A stretch of DNA of 64,000 nucleotides from Candidatus Scatosoma sp. (lineage in GTDB: Bacteria > Bacillota > Clostridia > Christensenellales > Borkfalkiaceae): assembly GCA_045533485.1 (NCBI GenBank), contig JAZSHX010000019.1:8300-72299 (forward strand), written 5' to 3'. The notes under the pieces are model-generated. The model made no database searches, was not told the DNA's origin, and saw nothing but the letters and a program-made list of their open reading frames with translations. Positions 59,894 through 64,000 of the stretch are shown here, piece after piece (the first letter of the stretch is position 1; every line of letters starts with the position of its first letter). The position numbers were made by a program, and so were the translations under genes.

Positions 59894-61345
59894 TTAAACG
59901 TTCTTCGTCAATTCATAGCCCGTTTTGCTGTCCTTGACCGTATAGCCCATTTCCGCAAGTTTTGCTCTAAGCTCGTCGCTCTTTACCCAGTCTTTATTTA
60001 CGCGCGCTTGCCATCTTTCTTCGGCGATTGCCGTCACTTCTTCGGGGATGGCGGAAGCCGTTTTGCTTTCGTACCAAGCCACGTATTCGCTTGCGTTCTT
60101 TTTGAACATACCAAGTAGCGCGTACGTTTTCTTGATTTGCACTGCGCCTGCCAGCGCCGTGAAGAAATCGCCCGTTTTGCCTGCGGCAAGCAATTTTTTC
60201 ATTTCCTTGAAATACCCGAACAGGTTGGAAAGCGCAAGCGCCGTGTTGAAATCGTCGCCCATACAAGCGTTAAATTCGCCATCGATTTTTTCCGCAAATT
60301 CCGCCGCGCGCTTGGTGTCGTCAGCGTCTAACGTAAGCTCCATACCGCGCAATTTTTCCGTTGCTTTATCGACGGTTGCAAGCGTTTGATAGAACTCATA
60401 CAAATGCTTTTCCGCTTCAGGGAATAAATCGTCCGTTACGTTGATATCGTTGCGGTAGTTGGTTTGGAGCAGTGCAAACTTGATGGCTTCGTTGGAATAT
60501 TTGTCCAAAAGCTCGTTTAACAGCAAGCTGTTGCCAAGCGACTTGCTCATTTTTTGGCCGTTGACCTTGATAAGCCCGTTATGCGTCCAGTATTTGACAA
60601 ACTGCTTGCCCGTGAGCGCTTCCGTTTGCGCAATTTCGTTTTCGTGGTGGGGGAAAATCAAGTCCCTGCCACCGCCGTGGATATCGATTTGGTCGCCAAA
60701 CGCCGCGCGGTTCATCGCGGAGCATTCGATATGCCAACCCGGTCTGCCCTTGCCCCAAGGCGAATCCCAGCAAATTTCTCCTTCCTTCGCACTCTTCCAA
60801 AGCGCGAAATCGTACGCGTTTTTCTTGTCGTCGTCGTTGTCTACGCGCACGCCGTCAAGCGCGTCTTCCACGTTGCGGTTGGAAAGCTTGCCGTAGTCCT
60901 TAAAGGACGCTACGTCGAAATACACGTCGCCCTTTTGCGTTGCGTAGGCGTGGCCTTTGTTGATAAGCGTTTGCGTAAAATCGATGATATTGTCGATATT
61001 TTGCGTTGCTTTTAACCACACGTCGGGGTCGTCCACTTGGAATTTTTCCATTACGCCGTTGATATTTTCAATCATTTTCGCCGCGTATACGTCCGCAGGA
61101 ATACCCGTTTCGTGGGATTTGGCAATGATTTTATCGTCTACGTCCGTGTAGTTCCTTGCGTACGTGACGTTATAACCCATTTTCTTTAAGAACTTGCGCA
61201 TAATATCGTAGATAAGCGCTTGATAACCGTGCCCGATATGCGCTTCGCCCGATACCGTAATACCGCACGCGTACATTTTTACGTCGTTGCCGTTTAAGGG
61301 TACAAATTCTTCTTTTCTTTTGGTGTAGGAATTGTAAACTTTCAT
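59894..61345 (-). CDS. cysS: cysteine--tRNA ligase
   Basis: 483 aa. HIGH (AHIGHG), KMSKS, and the zinc-binding Cys pattern of CysRS. Confidence 0.95.
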   Translation of the reverse strand: MKVYNSYTKRKEEFVPLNGNDVKMYACGITVSGEAHIGHGYQALIYDIMRKFLKKMGYNVTYARNYTDVDDKIIAKSHETGIPADVYAAKMIENINGVMEKFQVDDPDVWLKATQNIDNIIDFTQTLINKGHAYATQKGDVYFDVASFKDYGKLSNRNVEDALDGVRVDNDDDKKNAYDFALWKSAKEGEICWDSPWGKGRPGWHIECSAMNRAAFGDQIDIHGGGRDLIFPHHENEIAQTEALTGKQFVKYWTHNGLIKVNGQKMSKSLGNSLLLNELLDKYSNEAIKFALLQTNYRNDINVTDDLFPEAEKHLYEFYQTLATVDKATEKLRGMELTLDADDTKRAAEFAEKIDGEFNACMGDDFNTALALSNLFGYFKEMKKLLAAGKTGDFFTALAGAVQIKKTYALLGMFKKNASEYVAWYESKTASAIPEEVTAIAEERWQARVNKDWVKSDELRAKLAEMGYTVKDSKTGYELTKNV

Positions 61346-61404
61346 TTTTTTTCTTCCTTTTTATTGACTTTTTTATATTTCGTTGCATACCTGGTATGCG
61401 CATT

Positions 61405-62064
61405 TTACTTTTTTCTTGCTTCTTCTGCTTGCTCTGCCAAGCGTTTTGCCAGCTCTTCTTTCTCCGCCGCTTGCTCCGCGTTAATCTCCGCGTTAAGCGC
61501 AGCAACCGCTATGATACCGTCGCGCGGCGTGGGTTCTTGGTCGGGGATACGGATACGCACGATTCTGCCCGGTACGCCGACTACGGTTGCATACGGCGGC
61601 ACTTCTCTAAGCACCACTGCGCCTGCGCCGATTTTTGCGCCCTTGCCAACGGTGAAGCCGCCAAGCACTTTCGCGCCTGCCGACAGCGTTACGTTTTCCA
61701 TAATCGTAGGGTGGCGTTTGCCCTGTTCCTTACCCGTACCGCCCAGCGTTACGCCTTGGTAAATGACCGTCCCTTTATGCACTTCCGCCGTTTCGCCGAT
61801 AACGACGCCTGCGCCGTGGTCGATAAATACGCCCCCTTCTATTTTTGCCGCAGGATGAATTTCAATACCCGTTAAAAAACGGGCGAATTGACTGATCATA
61901 CGCGCCAACAGTTTGAGCTTGATTTTGTGAAAAAAATGCGCGACGCGGTGCCACGATAAGGCGTGTACGCCCGAATAGGTGAGCAGGACTTCCAGCCCGT
62001 AGCGCGCCGCAGGGTCGTTGCGTTTCGCCGCTTTGATATCTTCGCGTAAATTCTTAAACCACAT
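61405..62064 (-). CDS. cysE: serine O-acetyltransferase
   Basis: 219 aa. N-terminal SATase helices and hexapeptide repeats (GVFIDHGAGVVIGETA, GVTLGGTG). Upstream of cysS as in Bacillus. Confidence 0.92.
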   Translation of the reverse strand: MWFKNLREDIKAAKRNDPAARYGLEVLLTYSGVHALSWHRVAHFFHKIKLKLLARMISQFARFLTGIEIHPAAKIEGGVFIDHGAGVVIGETAEVHKGTVIYQGVTLGGTGKEQGKRHPTIMENVTLSAGAKVLGGFTVGKGAKIGAGAVVLREVPPYATVVGVPGRIVRIRIPDQEPTPRDGIIAVAALNAEINAEQAAEKEELAKRLAEQAEEARKK

Positions 62065-62369
62065 AATTTTCTCCTAAAAACGGTCACTTAATAAAAAACC
62101 GCCCTTACATTATACGCTAGTATAACGTAAAGGCGTGTTACCGCTGTTCCACTTTACTTCAAAAAGCTTTCGCTTTTCCTTTGTCGCCCTGTCACGGGGG
62201 CGCGCCGCGGGGATTAACCCGTCCTCAAACGCAAAAACGCACTTTCGTTTGCCCTGCTTGCGTTGCTTTGTTTTCAGCCAACGACAAAACTCTCTGTTGT
62301 GCAAGGGTTGCAAACTACTCTTTTTTTGCTCGGTATTCATTTTATTATCGCTTGTCTTTGCGACTTGGT
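62065..62369 (-). promoter_or_regulatory. T-box leader, cysteine-specific (specifier UGC) controlling cysE-cysS
   Basis: Minus strand shows Stem I with an AGAGAG bulge and a specifier loop CGAAAGUGCG, with UGC at 62239..62241. T-box sequence AAAGUGGAACAGCGGUAAC (62138..62156), whose UGGA fits the U73 discriminator of tRNA-Cys. Terminator CGCCUUUAC/GUAAGGGCG plus a U-run (62093..62135). Confidence 0.8.
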
Positions 62370-62375
62370 TCTCTT

Positions 62376-62404
62376 ATTATAGCACGGCTTTTTAGAAAAA
62401 GCAA
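62376..62404 (-). promoter_or_regulatory. sigma-A type promoter of the Cys T-box leader (TTGCTT-17-TATAAT)
   Basis: -35 at 62399..62404, 17-nt spacer, -10 at 62376..62381. Confidence 0.5.
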
Positions 62405-62408
62405 CTGT

Positions 62409-63038
62409 TTACGCGATGTTTTCCAGGAATAAATATTTGATTTTATATTCGTCCAAAACTGCTTGCATCATATCCGCGTTGAATACTTTTCGAGTAAGCA
62501 GGTATGCGATCACGACGTCTTTTTCGATGGAATAATCAAAATCGTATCCGTACGCGTTGAGCATTTTTTGCGTGTCGTCCGTTGTGAAATTCCCTAAAAT
62601 CGCCAAGCTAAAAATCAAATTTTTAGAAGGTAAAAATTTGCCCTTGCGGATATTGTTCCAAACTTCTTTTTCAATTTGCAAGCCGTCGACGGTATCTACG
62701 TCCATTTTATAAAGCTTCAAAAGTGCTATAAACGTTTGGTGCGCGATTTTGTATTGCTCGCGCTTGCGTAAGCGTTTGAAAAGCTTAACCGTGTTAAAGG
62801 AAAAAGATATCGTTTTATCCGTGATTTTTTCTTTGAGCTGTCTTAACAAATCTTCGGCGTTTTCTTGCAAAGAAAGGCGCATCGTGTTTGCCGGTAAGGT
62901 GTAGGCGCGCATTTTGCCGTTTTGCATTTCCGAACGCTGCATAAGCGGCATTTTATATCCTTTTAATACGCAAATTTTATCGTAACCTTCGTAATATTCA
63001 CAAAAAAATGCGTCTAAATCGGCAATAAGTTCCCTCAT
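62409..63038 (-). CDS. hypothetical protein, AT-rich gene, possible C-terminal HTH-like region
   Basis: 209-aa ORF. The segment KGKFLPSKNLIFSLAILGNFTTDDTQKMLNAYGY resembles an XRE-type HTH, but weakly. Visibly more AT-rich than its neighbours. Confidence 0.6.
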   Translation of the reverse strand: MRELIADLDAFFCEYYEGYDKICVLKGYKMPLMQRSEMQNGKMRAYTLPANTMRLSLQENAEDLLRQLKEKITDKTISFSFNTVKLFKRLRKREQYKIAHQTFIALLKLYKMDVDTVDGLQIEKEVWNNIRKGKFLPSKNLIFSLAILGNFTTDDTQKMLNAYGYDFDYSIEKDVVIAYLLTRKVFNADMMQAVLDEYKIKYLFLENIA

Positions 63039-63282
63039 AACGTTTCCTTCTTTTTTAAGCGTATTGCCATTATACCATTTTTATAAAAAAAAGGCAAGCG
63101 TTGACGTGTCGTTTTTTGTGTGCATATTTTCGCGAAATGTGAAAATTTTGTGTTAATTTTGTTCATTTTTTCGGGATTTTGTAAAAAATATCAAAAAAAA
63201 TAACATTTTTGCTTTCATTTGCTTGCTTTTTTGTTTTTTTTGTGGTAAATTGATTGCAACTAACAAAAGGAGTGACGCGCAT

Positions 63283-64000
63283 ATGAAAAAAGCACGTATT
63301 GTAGAAATTGCAGAACTTATCGACAAACGCGGCAAACTTTCTTTAGCCCAACTTGGCGAACACTTCCCCAACGTCTCCCAAATGACTTTGCGGAGAGATT
63401 TGTTAACACTGGAAGAAGACGGAAAGATTATCCGCGTTCGCGGCGGTGCTATGTCCGTAAAAGACGTACAAAAAACTTCCGGTGAACCTTACGTGAAAAA
63501 AACGGCTACCCACACCGACGAAAAAATCGTGATTGCGGAAAAGGCAGCCGCTCTTGTAGACGAAGGTGTGTCTATTTTCCTTGACGCCGGCTCTACGGCG
63601 TTGTACCTTGCCAAAGAATTGCCCGATATCCCTTGCAACGTGTTCACAAACGGCCTTGCCGTTGCCACGGAGCTTGCAAAAAAGAAAAATATTATGGTCA
63701 ATCTGCTGGGCGGTCCGCTTATCAAGGATAATTTATCCACCGCTTCGTCTTTCTCGTCTATGTACTTTGCGGATATGAATTTTGAGCTTGCTATCATTGC
63801 GGCTGCAGCTTTCACCCCCGAAAACGGGTTTTCCTGCGGGACGCAGCTGGAAGCCGACCTTTTCAAACTTATTTGTAAAAAAGCGAAATTTACTTATTTG
63901 ATGCTGGACAGCTCAAAAATCGGCAAAATTAAGCCCTATACCTTTGCACATACGGAAGATATCAACGTGCTCATCACGGATAACGACTTCCCCGTAGATT
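63283..64000 (+). CDS. DeoR family transcriptional regulator (3' end beyond the window)
   Basis: Hand translation from ATG 63283 (AAAGGAG upstream) gives MKKARIVEIAELIDKRGKLSLAQLGEHFPNVSQMTLRRDLLTLEEDGKIIRVRGGA, followed by a DeoR C-terminal sugar-binding domain (IFLDAGST). Open to the window end. Confidence 0.88.
   Translation, partial: MKKARIVEIAELIDKRGKLSLAQLGEHFPNVSQMTLRRDLLTLEEDGKIIRVRGGAMSVKDVQKTSGEPYVKKTATHTDEKIVIAEKAAALVDEGVSIFLDAGSTALYLAKELPDIPCNVFTNGLAVATELAKKKNIMVNLLGGPLIKDNLSTASSFSSMYFADMNFELAIIAAAAFTPENGFSCGTQLEADLFKLICKKAKFTYLMLDSSKIGKIKPYTFAHTEDINVLITDNDFPVD

Noticed and set aside
62110-62340. 76-aa minus-strand ORF upstream of cysE
   Set aside because: It lies entirely inside the Cys T-box leader RNA (Stem I to terminator). 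It has no ribosome-binding site and a basic, low-complexity translation.

Overview
Chromosomal, mostly housekeeping window that looks like a Clostridia-class Bacillota genome. Evidence: a SCIFF peptide/maturase pair, tgt-yajC-secDF-recJ-relA synteny, TTGACA-17-TATAAT promoters and strong AGGAGG ribosome-binding sites. GC is about 50% by eye (not computed), with visibly more AT-rich surface-protein genes. I call 50 protein-coding genes, 41 on the minus strand: rnc(partial), plsX, asnS, recF, dnaA, mnmG, pnp, rpsO, hemZ-like, relA, recJ, secDF-like, scfAB, yajC, tgt, two ABC systems, marR, yhaN/yhaO-like, Na/Pi transporter, NlpC/P60, comFC, DUF368, a short alaS, GH28, SGNH, cysS, cysE and deoR(partial). 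I saw no rRNA, tRNA, CRISPR array, transposase or integrase. Two short genes are missing from the ORF track: the 50-aa SCIFF precursor (26571..26723) and a 49-aa ORF translationally coupled to a secreted Big_2 protein (11619..11768). The most interesting signal is a pair of diverged ~185-nt 5' leaders (39862..40045 and 46856..47037) upstream of two paralogous giant lipoproteins that flank a yhaN/yhaO-like nuclease operon. These lipoproteins combine His/Cys-repeat modules with BspA-type LRRs, and one also has collagen-like repeats. Both leaders start at a canonical promoter and end in an intrinsic terminator just before the SD. They share nested helices, an antiterminator and a pseudoknot-type alternative pairing, all kept by compensatory base changes. 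I do not recognise this as a named riboswitch or leader class. Other notable items are two families of short structured intergenic/3'-UTR repeats, a 3.7-kb repeat-flanked accessory segment, a Cys T-box, a MarR operator, an AlaRS lacking the C-Ala domain, and dnaA without dnaN. All protein calls rest on motif recognition by eye; no database search was run.
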